A DNA stretch of 64,000 bases from NCBI GenBank assembly GCA_963820005.1, contig CAWFYQ010000009.1, forward strand, positions 19,063 through 83,062. Direction: 5' to 3'. How positions within the stretch are numbered: position 1 is the first letter of the stretch; each line of letters begins with the position of its first letter. Shown piece by piece: positions 1 through 10,038 of the stretch. The notes beneath the pieces are model-generated. The model made no database searches, was not told the DNA's origin, and saw only the letters and a list, made by a program, of their open reading frames with translations. Position numbers and translations under genes: made by a program. This DNA comes from an uncultured Alphaproteobacteria bacterium. Its GTDB lineage: Bacteria > Pseudomonadota > Alphaproteobacteria > Rhizobiales > Methyloligellaceae.

Positions 1-322
1 CGGGATCGGCGAAGCAGCCGACCGGTACGCCGACCGCTCCTGGCAGGCCTTCGGCGCGGAACGTGACCGTCGTACCGCAATTCGGGCAGAAGAGACTGTC
101 GACGAATCGTCCCGAGTCCCCACGCTGCCGGTAGGTTCGCTTGTCGCCCGCGATGCTCACGGCGGACTCAGGGAAGAAGGCCGAGTAAGAGAATGCACTA
201 CCGCTACCGCGCTGGCAGTCGGTGCAACTGCACAGATGGACATAACTCGGCTCGCCGCGCGTCGTGACCGTGAAATTGCCGCAAGCACAACGGGCGAGGC
301 GCGTGTCGCTTTCCTCTACCAT
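1..322 (-). CDS. GFA family (glutathione-dependent formaldehyde-activating/CENP-V-like) Zn-binding protein, 3' end truncated by the window edge
   Basis: Hand translation from ATG at 322: MVEESDTRLARCACGNF...HLCSCTDCQRGSGSAF...FCPNCGT. This has the CxC, CxCxxC and FCxxCG pattern of GFA proteins, with GGAGG upstream. Not in the ORF track. Confidence 0.85.
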   Translation of the reverse strand, partial: MVEESDTRLARCACGNFTVTTRGEPSYVHLCSCTDCQRGSGSAFSYSAFFPESAVSIAGDKRTYRQRGDSGRFVDSLFCPNCGTTVTFRAEGLPGAVGVPVGCFADP

Positions 323-337
323 GTCGACCTCCGTTGC

Positions 338-1938
338 CTAGGCCGCGACGGCGCCGTCGCGGATCAGCTTGTAGTTGATCGAGTCTAACAGCGCCTCGAA
401 TGACGCATCGACGATGTTGGGTGAGACGCCGACCGTGTACCAGCGGTTCCCCTCGCCGTCGCGGCTCTCGATGAGCACGCGGGTGACGGCGTCGGTGCCG
501 CCGGTGAGGATGCGCACCTTGTAATCGACCAGCTCGAGATCGTCGATATAGCTCTGATAGGGACCGAGATCCTTGCGCAGCGCGTTGTCGAGCGCATTCA
601 CCGGACCGTTGCCCTCGCCGGCCGAGAGCATCGTCTCGCCGTCGATGCGCACCTTGACGGTCGCCTCGGAAATGGTGACGAGCTCGCCGAGCGCGTTGTG
701 CCGCCGCTCGACCGTGACGCGGAACGAATTGACGTCGAAGAATTGCGGCACGTTGCCGAGCATGCGCCGCGCCAGCAGCTCGAACGAAGCGTCGGCCGCC
801 TCGTAGGCATAGCCGACCGCCTCGCGCTCCTTCACCTCATCGAGCAGGCGCAAGATGCGCGGATCGTCCTTCGGCACAGCGATGCCGATGCGCTCGAGCT
901 CGGCCAGGATGTTCGAGCGCCCGGCCTGGTCCGAGACGAGCAGCTTCCGCCTGTTGCCGACCGATTCCGGGGGCACGTGTTCATAGGTGCGCGGGTCCTT
1001 CTGCACGGCTGAGACATGGATGCCGCCTTTATGCGCGAAGGCCGACTCGCCGACATAAGGCGCGTGGCGGTTTGGGGCGCGGTTCAGGATTTCATCGAGG
1101 ATGCGCGAGGCATGCGTCAGCGTCCTGAGCTTCTCCGGCGTCACGCCGGTCTCGAAGCGATCGGCATAGTCCGATTTCAGCATCAGCGTCGGGATGATCG
1201 AGGTGAGATTGGCGTTGCCGCAGCGTTCGCCGAGACCGTTCAGCGTGCCCTGGATCTGGCGCGCGCCGGCGCGCACGGCGGCGAGCGAGTTGGCGACGCC
1301 GTTGTCGGTGTCGTTATGCACATGGATGCCGAGGCGATCGCCGGGGATGGCCTTGACCACCTCGTCACGATCCGCTCGATCTCCTCGGGCAACGTGCCGC
1401 CATTGGTGTCGCACAGCACGACCCAGCGCGCGCCGGCCTCGTACGCCGTCGTGGCGCAGCGCAGCGCGTAATCGGGATTGGCCTTGTAGCCGTCGAAGAA
1501 ATGCTCACAGTCGAGCAGCGCCTCGCGGCCGCTGGCGACGACGGTCGCGACCGAGTCTTTGATGCCCTCGACATTCTCGTCGAGCGTGATGCCGAGCGCG
1601 ACATCGACATGGAAGTCCCAGCTCTTGCCGACGAGACAGATGGCCGAGGTCTTGGCGGCGAGCAGCGCCTGGAAGCCCGGATCGTTGGCAAGCGAGCGGC
1701 CTGGCCGCTTGGTCATGCCGAACGCGGTGAGCCGCGCATGCCCTAGCTCGCGCGTCTCGGCGAACAGGCGCGTGTCGGTCGGGTTCGCGCCGGGATAGCC
1801 GCCCTCGATATAGTCGATGCCGAGCGCGTCGAGCTGCTGGGCGATCAGCCACTTGTCCTCGACCGAGAAATCGACGCCGTGGGTCTGGGCGCCGTCGCGG
1901 AGCGTGGTGTCGTAAAGCGAGAGCCGTTCGCGGGTCAT
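338..1938 (-). CDS. cimA: Citramalate synthase (LeuA/CimA family), split by an apparent 1-nt deletion near 1365
   Basis: ORF 1240..1938 has DTTLRDGAQ, DYIEGGYPGANP and LCDTNGG. ORF 338..1414 has HxHND, GERCGNA and the C-terminal regulatory domain GNGPVNALD. The frames join at ATC GTG ACG AGG. Confidence 0.9.
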
Positions 1939-1947
1939 GGTCCTGTC

Positions 1948-2070
1948 CTACACCACACCAAAGAGGAAGTGCAGCGCAAGCAGCACGGCGAGCGCGAGCA
2001 CCGCGAGCTTGATGGCAAGATAGACGCCGCGACTGCCCTTGAACGGCGCATCCTTGAGGAACCGGATCAT
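1948..2070 (-). CDS. 40-aa putative single-pass membrane protein
   Basis: Hand translation MIRFLKDAPFKGSRGVYLAIKLAVLALAVLLALHFLFGVV*. GC-rich codon usage, basic N-terminus plus one hydrophobic helix, stop 9 nt before cimA. Confidence 0.6.
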   Translation of the reverse strand: MIRFLKDAPFKGSRGVYLAIKLAVLALAVLLALHFLFGVV

Positions 2071-2090
2071 CTTGATACCTGGAGCCTCGC

Positions 2091-2183
2091 CCTGAGGAGG
2101 CGCGAAACGCGCCGTCTCGAAGGGTGAGCCTGACTTGATCTCATGCTTCGAGACGCGCCCTGCGGGCGCTCCTCAGCATGAGG
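2091..2183. repeat. Palindromic intergenic REP-like element (Rhizobiales type)
   Basis: Arms CCTGAGGAG...GTCTCGAAG and CTTCGAGAC...CTCCTCAG are inverted repeats. Each arm has its own hairpin (GGCGCG-AAA-CGCGCC; GCGCCC-TGC-GGGCGC). Confidence 0.75.
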
Positions 2184-2203
2184 CTCTGATTGCTTGGAAC
2201 GAT

Positions 2204-3835
2204 TCATCGGGCGACCTCCCAAGTGGTGACCAGCTCGCCGGTCTTGGGGTCCTTGGCGTCCTTCAGCATGATGCCCATCGCTTCAAGCTCGCCGCGGATG
2301 CGGTCGGCCTCCTTGAAGTCGCGTGACTGACGCGCAGCGACTCGCTCCTTAATTTGTGAGTTGATGGACTCGACCGCGCCGTTGACCCGCCTAACGTCGC
2401 CCACCCGCAGAGCCGGGCCAGCCCAGCGAAGCGCTTCGTTTATTGCGGCAACTTCGGCCTTCAGGTCTTCAAGGTTCGAGTTGCGCAGTACAGCGAGAGC
2501 ACGCGACACCGGATAGTTTTGCGGGAATAACAACATGAATCCGCGTATGACGCTGCGGATATCTGCGCCTTGCGCTAACTCAGGCATTGCGTACCCTTGA
2601 TCACGCACACGCTGGGCTAAGCCGACGAGTTCTAGAGAAGCCCTGAGCGCGGCTCCAGCGTCGATGTCTCCGCCGCGCGCCTCTGAAGAGAGTTCGTACA
2701 GGCGAGTGATCGCAGCTGGACTGTTGAGATCATCCATCATCAGAGCGAGAAATTCGGCATCCGGCTCACTCGACGCGTAATCCTCGGCAACATCGAGAAG
2801 CTCAAAGTAGGATTTGAATGACTCCTCGAGTCCCGTCTGTGTCCAATTTATGGGTTGCCTGTAGTGGGTGCGAAGCATGTTGAACCGAAGAACGTCGCCG
2901 GGCCACTCCTCGAGCAATTCATGCACGGTGACGAAGTTGCCGGCCGACTTCGCCATCTTCTCTCCCTCGACCTGGAGGAAGCCGTTATGCATCCAGACCT
3001 GCGCCATGATCGGCGTGGCGTTGGCGCAGCGCGATTGCGCCAATTCGTTCTCGTGATGCGGAAACACGAGGTCGATGCCGCCGCCATGGATGTCGAACAT
3101 ATGCGGCTCGGCCAGCCCCGCCGGTGACAGGGTCGGCTTAGCCTCCTCCCACAGCCAGCGATCGGCCATGGCCGAGCACTCGATATGCCAGCCCGGACGG
3201 CCAGGGGTGGCGATGCCCGCGGGCGAAGGCCAAGACGGCTCGCCCGGCTTTGACGGCTTCCACAGAACGAAATCCATCGGGTCGCGCTTGTAGGGCGCGA
3301 CCTCGACCCGGGCGCCGGCGACCATCTCGTCCAGCGAGCGGCCCGACAGCTTGCCGTAATCCGGCATGGACGCGACATCGAACAGCACATGGTCCTCGGC
3401 GACGTAGGCTGAGCCGCGCTCGACCAGGCGCTCGATCATCGCCTTCATCTCAACGATATGCTCGGTCGCCCGCGGCTCGACGGTCGGATCGAGCGCGCCG
3501 AGCGCCTTCATGTCGGCGTGGAACTGGTCGGTGGTCTTGGTGGTGACCAGCCGGATCGCCTCGTTCAGGGGCAGGCCTGGATAGTCTTGGCCCGCGCGCG
3601 CGTTGATCTTGTCATCGACGTCGGTGATGTTGCGGACATAGGTGACGTGCTCAGGGCCATAGATGTGCCGGAGCAGCCGGAACAGCACGTCGAACACGAT
3701 GACCGGGCGCGCATTACCGATATGGGCGAAGTCATAGACCGTCGGCCCGCAGACATAGATCCGCACATTGGCAGGATCGAGCGGACGGAACTCGTCCTTC
3801 TTCCGCGTCAGCGTGTTGTAAAGCTTAAGCGCCAC
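2204..3835 (-). CDS. cysS: Cysteine--tRNA ligase with an elongated C-terminal linker
   Basis: [46 protein letters not shown] and DDLNSP motifs. GTG start. Confidence 0.97.
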   Translation of the reverse strand: MALKLYNTLTRKKDEFRPLDPANVRIYVCGPTVYDFAHIGNARPVIVFDVLFRLLRHIYGPEHVTYVRNITDVDDKINARAGQDYPGLPLNEAIRLVTTKTTDQFHADMKALGALDPTVEPRATEHIVEMKAMIERLVERGSAYVAEDHVLFDVASMPDYGKLSGRSLDEMVAGARVEVAPYKRDPMDFVLWKPSKPGEPSWPSPAGIATPGRPGWHIECSAMADRWLWEEAKPTLSPAGLAEPHMFDIHGGGIDLVFPHHENELAQSRCANATPIMAQVWMHNGFLQVEGEKMAKSAGNFVTVHELLEEWPGDVLRFNMLRTHYRQPINWTQTGLEESFKSYFELLDVAEDYASSEPDAEFLALMMDDLNSPAAITRLYELSSEARGGDIDAGAALRASLELVGLAQRVRDQGYAMPELAQGADIRSVIRGFMLLFPQNYPVSRALAVLRNSNLEDLKAEVAAINEALRWAGPALRVGDVRRVNGAVESINSQIKERVAARQSRDFKEADRIRGELEAMGIMLKDAKDPKTGELVTTWEVAR

Positions 3836-3838
3836 AGT

Positions 3839-3857
3839 CCAAGCCCCTTCGGCTTGG
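3839..3857 (-). promoter_or_regulatory. Hairpin overlapping the cysS ribosome-binding site
   Basis: On the minus strand CCAAGCC-GAAGG-GGCTTGG forms a 7-bp stem ending 3 nt before the GTG. The SD-like AAGGGG lies in its loop and 3' arm. Confidence 0.55.
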
Positions 3858-3925
3858 CCCGCCCCAGCGTTCTTGACAAGATCGAGTTTGGATAAAGAAG
3901 GAACGACCCGGGCGAGCGATGTTTG

Positions 3926-3979
3926 CTAGCCAGGAATGATGCCGCAGGAAATGATAAGGATGGGTTGCTCTTGCATCAT
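3926..3979 (-). CDS. Putative 17-aa leader peptide (uORF) of cysS
   Basis: ATG ATG CAA GAG CAA CCC ATC CTT ATC ATT TCC TGC GGC ATC ATT CCT GGC TAG = MMQEQPILIISCGIIPG*. It starts 10 nt after a predicted -10 box. Confidence 0.6.
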   Translation of the reverse strand: MMQEQPILIISCGIIPG

Positions 3980-3989
3980 CTTGGGGGTG

Positions 3990-4018
3990 CTTATGGCGGG
4001 AATTGGTGAAACCGTCAA
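3990..4018 (-). promoter_or_regulatory. Predicted sigma70 promoter for the leader-cysS transcript
   Basis: TTGACG (4018-4013), 17-nt spacer, CATAAG (3995-3990). Confidence 0.65.
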
Positions 4019-4111
4019 GCGAGCCTGCTTTCCGGCCCTTTCTCGAACGGGACCTTGCCGGCCATCTTATTGATGCCTCATTGACCCCCGAGTTTAGCCC
4101 TGCATAATGCG

Positions 4112-5374
4112 TTGGTGGCTTCCCGGGGATTGGAACCAGTCGTGAGGGTCAATCGCGATTTTCGGCGCGTGATCGCGTCGTCCATTCGGTCGATCGGCGG
4201 GCGCCGGCTCGCCGCATTCGCGCTTGGCGGCATGGTTGCCGTTGCCGCCGGTGCCGGGCTCGCGCTGGCGCAAGGGGCTAACGACCAGCAGATTCGCTGC
4301 ATGCAGCTCCAGCAGGAATTGGTTTCAGCGTCGCAAGGCGGCGGCGGCAGCAGCGACGACCTCGCCCGCCTCGACCAGCAGATCGCCCAGAACGACCGCG
4401 TGTTCCAGGGTACCCAGGCAGCCATGCAGGATGCCGGCTGCTTCGAGAGCTTCTTCATCTTCGGCAAGGCGCTGGTGCGCAGCCCGAAATGCCTCAAGAT
4501 GAACGACCGCGTCGAGGATGCGCGCCGTCAGCTTGCCGCGCTCCAGCAGCAGCGCGCGGCACTTTCGGGTGGCGGCGGAAACAGGCGACGCCAAGCCGAG
4601 CTTCAGGATGCGATGGTGCGCAGCGGCTGCGGCGGTCAGGTCCGCGCGCCGGCACCGAGGCGCGGCGGCGGCTTGCTCGACTTCTTCGGCGGCGGGCAAG
4701 AGCAGGACGACGAGCAGCAGCCCGAAAGCCCGGTCTATCGCAGCATCGACCCGAACGGGCGCTATCGCTCGGTCTGCGTGCGGCTCTGCGACGGCTTCTT
4801 CTATCCGATCAGCTTCGCCACCTATTCCAGCCGTCTGGCGCAGGAGCAGGACCAGTGCCAGTCGAGCTGCGCCGCGCCCGCCGAACTCTACGTCTATCGC
4901 AATCCCGGACAGGAGATCGAGCAGGCCATCTCGCTGAACGGCTCGGCCTATATGGACCTCCCCGTCGCGCTCAAATATCGCAAGTCCTATGTGACCGGCT
5001 GCTCCTGCAAGCAGGCCGAATACAATCCGACCGAGATCGAGGCCGCCAACAAGCGCGCTGAGGCCGATGCCGCCGCGCAGCCCGGCAAAAACAAGGGCAA
5101 GGGAAAGGTCGCGGCGAAGCCTGCTCCCGCCACGGCCGCCGCCACGGCAGCCCAAACCGGCGCGCAGGGCAATCCCGACGTCACCGGCAGCAATCAGGCG
5201 GCGGGCGCTGCGCCGCAAGCTCCGCCTGCCGTGCCGCAGGCGCAGAAGCAGCCGGCGCCGGCCAAAGCCGCCGCGGTAGCGCCACCACCGGCGCCGTCAC
5301 AGGCCGATGCCGCGGCCAGTCAGTCGACCGTCATCAAGAAGGTCGGCAAGCCGGCCCCGCCTCCCGCGCAGTAG
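4112..5374 (+). CDS. DUF2865-domain secreted protein with an Ala/Pro-rich tail
   Basis: RSVCVRLCDGFFYPIS...CQSSC...YRKSYVTGCSCK signature and an N-terminal hydrophobic signal. True start uncertain, possibly further downstream. Confidence 0.8.
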   Translation: MVASRGLEPVVRVNRDFRRVIASSIRSIGGRRLAAFALGGMVAVAAGAGLALAQGANDQQIRCMQLQQELVSASQGGGGSSDDLARLDQQIAQNDRVFQGTQAAMQDAGCFESFFIFGKALVRSPKCLKMNDRVEDARRQLAALQQQRAALSGGGGNRRRQAELQDAMVRSGCGGQVRAPAPRRGGGLLDFFGGGQEQDDEQQPESPVYRSIDPNGRYRSVCVRLCDGFFYPISFATYSSRLAQEQDQCQSSCAAPAELYVYRNPGQEIEQAISLNGSAYMDLPVALKYRKSYVTGCSCKQAEYNPTEIEAANKRAEADAAAQPGKNKGKGKVAAKPAPATAAATAAQTGAQGNPDVTGSNQAAGAAPQAPPAVPQAQKQPAPAKAAAVAPPPAPSQADAAASQSTVIKKVGKPAPPPAQ

Positions 5375-5380
5375 ACGTCA

Positions 5381-6718
5381 TTAAGCAATCTTGCCGTCGA
5401 GCCGCGCCATGGCGCGCGCCCTGCCGATCAACGGCAGCAGCAGCTTGAGCTCGGGCCCGTGCTCGCGCCCTGTCAGGGCAAGCCGCAGCGGCTGAAACAG
5501 CGCCTTGCCCTTGGCGCCGGTCGCCTGCTTCACGTCGGCCGACCATCGCTCCCAGGTCGAGCCGTCCCACGGCTCTGGCGGCAGCAGGACCGAAGCCTCG
5601 GCGCAGAGAGCGGCGTCGGCGATCACCGGCTGCAAGGGACCGGTGACCACCTCCCACCAGATCTTCGCATCGCTTAGAACGGCAAGATTGCCGCGCACCG
5701 CCCCCCAGAACGATTCACCCCCGCCGACCCCCATCGCCTTGAGCCGCGCCGCCACCGCTTCGAACGGCAGCATGTGCAGGAGCTTGGCGTTGAGCGCGCG
5801 AAGCTCAGCCGGATCGAAGCGTGCCGGCGCGCGTGACAGCTTGGCGAAGTCGAAGCCGGCCACCAGCTCGTCGAGATTTGCGTGCGGCGCGATCGGGTCC
5901 GATGTGCCGATGGTCGCGACATAGCTCGCCAGCGCCAGAGCCTCGATCCCCTCCTCGCGCAACCCCTCGATGGCGAGCGAGCGGATGCGCTTGGAGAGCG
6001 CCTGCCCCTCGGCGCCAACCAGAAGACTATGGTGGCCGAACGCGGGGGTAGCCGAACCCAGCGCCTCGAACAGCTGGATCTGCGGCGCGGTGTTGACCAC
6101 GTGGTCCTCGCCGCGAATGACATGGGTGACGCCGAGATCGATGTCGTCGACGACGCTCGGCAGCGTGTAGAGATAGCTGCCGTCCTCGCGCACCAGAACG
6201 GGGTCCGACAAAGAGGCGGCATCGACATGCTGACGCCCGCGCACGAGATCGTCCCAGGCGACGTCGCGGCTCTCCAGCTTGAAGCGCCAATGCGGCTTGT
6301 GGCCCTCGGCCTCGAGCTTGGCGCGGTCAGCGTCAGTCAGCGTCAAGGCGGCGCGGTCATAGACGGGCGGCCGCCCGCGCCCCAGCTGGCGCTTGCGCCT
6401 CAGCTCAAGCTCATGGGGGGTCTCGTAGGCGGGGTAGAGCCGCCCCGTCGCCTTCAGCTTCTCGACCGCCGCGGCATGGCGCGCGAAGCGATCCGACTGG
6501 CGCACTTCCTTCGCATAATCGATGCCGAGCCAGGCAAGGTCTTCGCGGATGCCTTCGGCGAATTCCTCGGTCGAGCGCTCGCGGTCGGTATCGTCGAGGC
6601 GAAAGATCAGTTGGCCGCCCATCTTGCGCGCGAACAGGAAATTGAGCAGCGCGGTGCGGATATTGCCGGCGTGAATGCGACCGGTCGGGCTCGGCGCGAA
6701 TCTCACCGTCACGCTCAT
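5381..6718 (-). CDS. gltX: Glutamate--tRNA ligase
   Basis: [12 protein letters not shown] (HIGH-like), RLDDTD, IRGEDH and LSKR motifs. Confidence 0.95.
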   Translation of the reverse strand: MSVTVRFAPSPTGRIHAGNIRTALLNFLFARKMGGQLIFRLDDTDRERSTEEFAEGIREDLAWLGIDYAKEVRQSDRFARHAAAVEKLKATGRLYPAYETPHELELRRKRQLGRGRPPVYDRAALTLTDADRAKLEAEGHKPHWRFKLESRDVAWDDLVRGRQHVDAASLSDPVLVREDGSYLYTLPSVVDDIDLGVTHVIRGEDHVVNTAPQIQLFEALGSATPAFGHHSLLVGAEGQALSKRIRSLAIEGLREEGIEALALASYVATIGTSDPIAPHANLDELVAGFDFAKLSRAPARFDPAELRALNAKLLHMLPFEAVAARLKAMGVGGGESFWGAVRGNLAVLSDAKIWWEVVTGPLQPVIADAALCAEASVLLPPEPWDGSTWERWSADVKQATGAKGKALFQPLRLALTGREHGPELKLLLPLIGRARAMARLDGKIA

Positions 6719-6720
6719 CG

Positions 6721-8395
6721 CTAGAGCTTCTCGCGGAATTTGTTGGTGATGGGATAGCGGCGGTCGCGGCCGAAATTCTTGGCCGTAATCTTCACCCCCG
6801 GCGCCGCCTGCCGCCTCTTATACTCGGCGAGATAGAGCATGCGCTCGACCTTCTTGACAAGCTCGGGCGCGTGCCCGCGCGCGACAATGTCAGGCAGCGG
6901 CAGCTCGAGCTCGACCAGGCAATTCAAGATATCGTCGAGCACGTCGTAAGGCGGCAGAGTGTCCTGGTCGCGCTGGTTGGGCTTTAGCTCGGCGGTCGGC
7001 GCCTTGGTCAGCACATTCTCCGGGATGACGATGCCCTCAGGCCCGAGGCAGGTTTTGGGCCGCGCCTGATTGCGATAACGCGCCAGCGCGTAAACCTGCG
7101 TCTTGTACAGGTCCTTGATTGGATTGAAGCCGCCATTCATGTCGCCATAGAGCGTGGCGTAGCCGACCGAGACTTCGGACTTGTTGCCGGTGGTGATGAC
7201 CATCGGCCCGAATTTGTTGGAGAGGCCCATCAGAAGCGTGCCGCGCGCGCGCGACTGCAAATTCTCCTCCGTCGCGTCGGGGCTCGTGCCGGCGAAGGCT
7301 TTGGCAAGCGAAGCGGTCAGCCCCTCGACCGCTCCGTCGATCGGCATGATGTCGTAGCGCAGATGCAGCGCCTCCGCGGTTGCCGCGGCGTCGGCCAGGC
7401 TTTCATTGCTGGTGAAGGTGTAAGGCAGCATGACGCCATGCACGCGTTCAGCGCCGAGCGCATCAACGGCGATCGCCGCACAGAGCGCCGAGTCGACGCC
7501 ACCCGACAGCCCGAGCACGACACTGGGAAAGCCGTTCTTGGCGACGTAGTCGCGCAAGCCCGTGACGCAAGCGAGGTAGTTGGCGGCCTCCCCCTCCTCG
7601 ACCGCTGCGATTTCGCCCGGAACACAGCGCCAGCGCCCGGCCTCGCGACGCCATTCCGTCATGCCGACCGCCTGCTCCCAGGCCGGCATCTGCACGGCGA
7701 GCGTGCCGTCGCCGTTCAGCACGAATGACGCGCCGTCGAACACGAGCTCGTCCTGGCCGCCGACCTGGTTGACGTAAGCGAGCGGCAGCCCGGTCTCGGC
7801 GACGCGCGCCGCGGCGACGGCACAGCGCACCTCCTGCTTGTCGATCCAATAAGGCGAGCCGTTCGGCACGATGAGCAGACCCGCGCCCCGCTCGGCGAGC
7901 GCCGTGCACACCTGCTCGCTCCATATGTCCTCGCAGACGGGTACGCCGAGTTTCATCCCGCGCCAGTCGATCGGCTCGGGCATGGGGCCGGCTGCGAACA
8001 CGCGCTTCTCGTCGAACACACCGTAATTCGGCAGGTTGTTCTTGGTGCGCACCGCCTCGATGCGTCCGTGGTCGAGCAGGCGCGACCGCGTTATAGACGA
8101 ACGGCGGGTCGCCCCACGGCAGCCCGACCAGGATCGCAGGTCCGCCGTCTCCGGTGTCGCGCGCAAGCTCCTCGGCCGCCTCGCGCGCCGCCTCCTGCAA
8201 CGCGGGCTTCAGCACCAGGTCCTCGAGCGGATAGCCGGTGAGGTAGAGCTCGGTGAAGGCGATCAGGTCCGCGCCGGCTGCTGCCGCGCGGGCGCGGACC
8301 TCGCGGGCCCTGGTCACGTTGCCGGCAAGGTCGCCGACGACGGGGTTTAGCTGCGCGAGCGCGAGCTTGAATGAGTCCTTGATCTGATGCGCCAT
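6721..8395 (-). CDS. nadE: Glutamine-dependent NAD+ synthetase, apparent +1 indel near 8080
   Basis: Nitrilase-like domain ([32 protein letters not shown]) and synthetase domain ([23 protein letters not shown]). Two ORFs join at GCG C CTG CTC. Confidence 0.93.
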
Positions 8396-8400
8396 GATCT

Positions 8401-8500
8401 TGTCATTGCCCGGCTTGACCGGGCAATCCAGTAACCCGGGAAGTCGGTAAGATAAACTGAGGTCGGTGGTTACTGGATGCCCGCTTGCACGGGCATGACA
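8401..8500. repeat. REP-like palindromic element, TGTCAT...ATGACA family
   Basis: TGTCATTGCCCGGCTTGACCGGGCAATCCAGTAAC...GTTACTGGATGCCCGCTTGCACGGGCATGACA. A near-identical copy lies at 59619-59716. Confidence 0.8.
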
Positions 8501-8509
8501 GCCGCCGAT

Positions 8510-9905
8510 TTACTCGCCGGCGGCGATCGAGAACTCGGGCTCCGGCCGCCCTTCCCGCTCGCGCTTCAGCCGCTCGGCCATGATGAAGGCAAGCTCGAGC
8601 GATTGGTCGGCGTTGAGTCTCGGGTCGCAATGGGTGTGGTAGCGGTCCGACAGGTCGGTTTCGGTGACCGCCTTGGCGCCGCCGACGCATTCGGTGACGT
8701 TCTGCCCAGTCATCTCGACATGGATGCCGCCCGCATGCGTGCCTTCGCTGCGGTGGATGTCGAAGAAGCCCTCGACCTCCTTGAGGATCAGGTCGAACGG
8801 CCGCGTCTTGTAACCGCTGCTGCCGGCCTTGATCGTATTGCCGTGCATCGGATCGCACGCCCACACCACGATCTTGCCTTCGCGCTCCACGGCGCGAATG
8901 AGCGCCGGGAGATGCTTGCCGACGTTATCGGCGCCGAAGCGCGTGATGAGCGTGAGCCGCCCAGGCTCGTTCTGCGGATTGAGCGCGTCGATCAGCTTGA
9001 GCAGCTCGTCGGCGGCGAGGCTCGGGCCGACTTTCGCCCCGACCGGATTCTTGATGCCGCGGAGATACTCGACATGCGCGTCGTCGAGCTGGCGCGTGCG
9101 GTCGCCGACCCAGAGCATATGGCCCGACGTCGCGTACCAGTCGCCCGAGGTCGAAATCGACGCGGGTGAAGGCCTGCTCGTAGCCGAGCAGCAGCGCCTC
9201 GTGGCTCGTATAGAAGCTCGTAGTGCGGAGCTGCGGCGTGTTGTCGGCATTCAGCCCGCAAGCGCGCATGAAGCGCAAGGTCTCGGCGATATGCTCGGCG
9301 AGCTCCTGATAACGGTGCCCGGCCGGGCTGTCCTTGACGAAGCCCAGATTCCACTGATGCACGTGCTCGAGATTGGCGTAGCCGCCCTGCGCGAAGGCGC
9401 GAATGAGATTGAGCGTGGCGGCGGACTGGCGATAGGCCATCAGCATGCGGTTGGGATCGGGCACGCGCGCCGTCTCGTCGAACTCAATGCCGTTGACGAT
9501 ATCGCCGCGATAGCTCGGCAGCTCCTTGCCGTTCTGCACCTCGGTCGGGCTCGACCTCGGCTTGGCGAACTGGCCGGCGACGCGGCCGAGCTTCACCACC
9601 GGCGAGCCGCCGGCATAGGTGAGCACGATCGCCATCTGCAGGAACACACGGAAGAAGTCGCGGATCGCGTCCGCCCGATGCTCGGCGAAGCTTTCGGTGC
9701 AGTCGCCGCCCTGGAGCAGAAAGGCATCGCCTTGCGCGACGCGGGCAAGCTTGGCCTTCAGCTCGCGCGCCTCGCCGGCAAACACGAGCGGCGGGAAGGT
9801 CGCAAGCTGCTTCTCAACCTCGGCGAGCGCGGCAGTCTCGGGGTAGGCCGGGACCTGCTCGATCGGTTTGGCGCGCCAGCTGTCTGGGCTCCATCGGGAC
9901 GCCAT
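8510..9905 (-). CDS. Class II DAHP synthase (3-deoxy-7-phosphoheptulonate synthase), apparent +1 indel near 9155
   Basis: [52 protein letters not shown] and CDPRLN motifs. Confidence 0.93.
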
Positions 9906-10038
9906 GGAAAGGCTCTCCTTCACGAAAGTGAACGCTATATAGGCGATCGACGGAACCCTGGCTAGGCAGGGGACGCTCGATTGCCTCGCGCCGCCGAGCA
10001 TGCCACATAACCCTTAAGAGCACGGGAAGGGAGCGCCA

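Noticed and set aside
5030-5374. Ala/Pro/Gln-rich low-complexity tail of the DUF2865 protein
   Set aside because: An ordinary disordered linker with no discrete nucleotide repeat unit.
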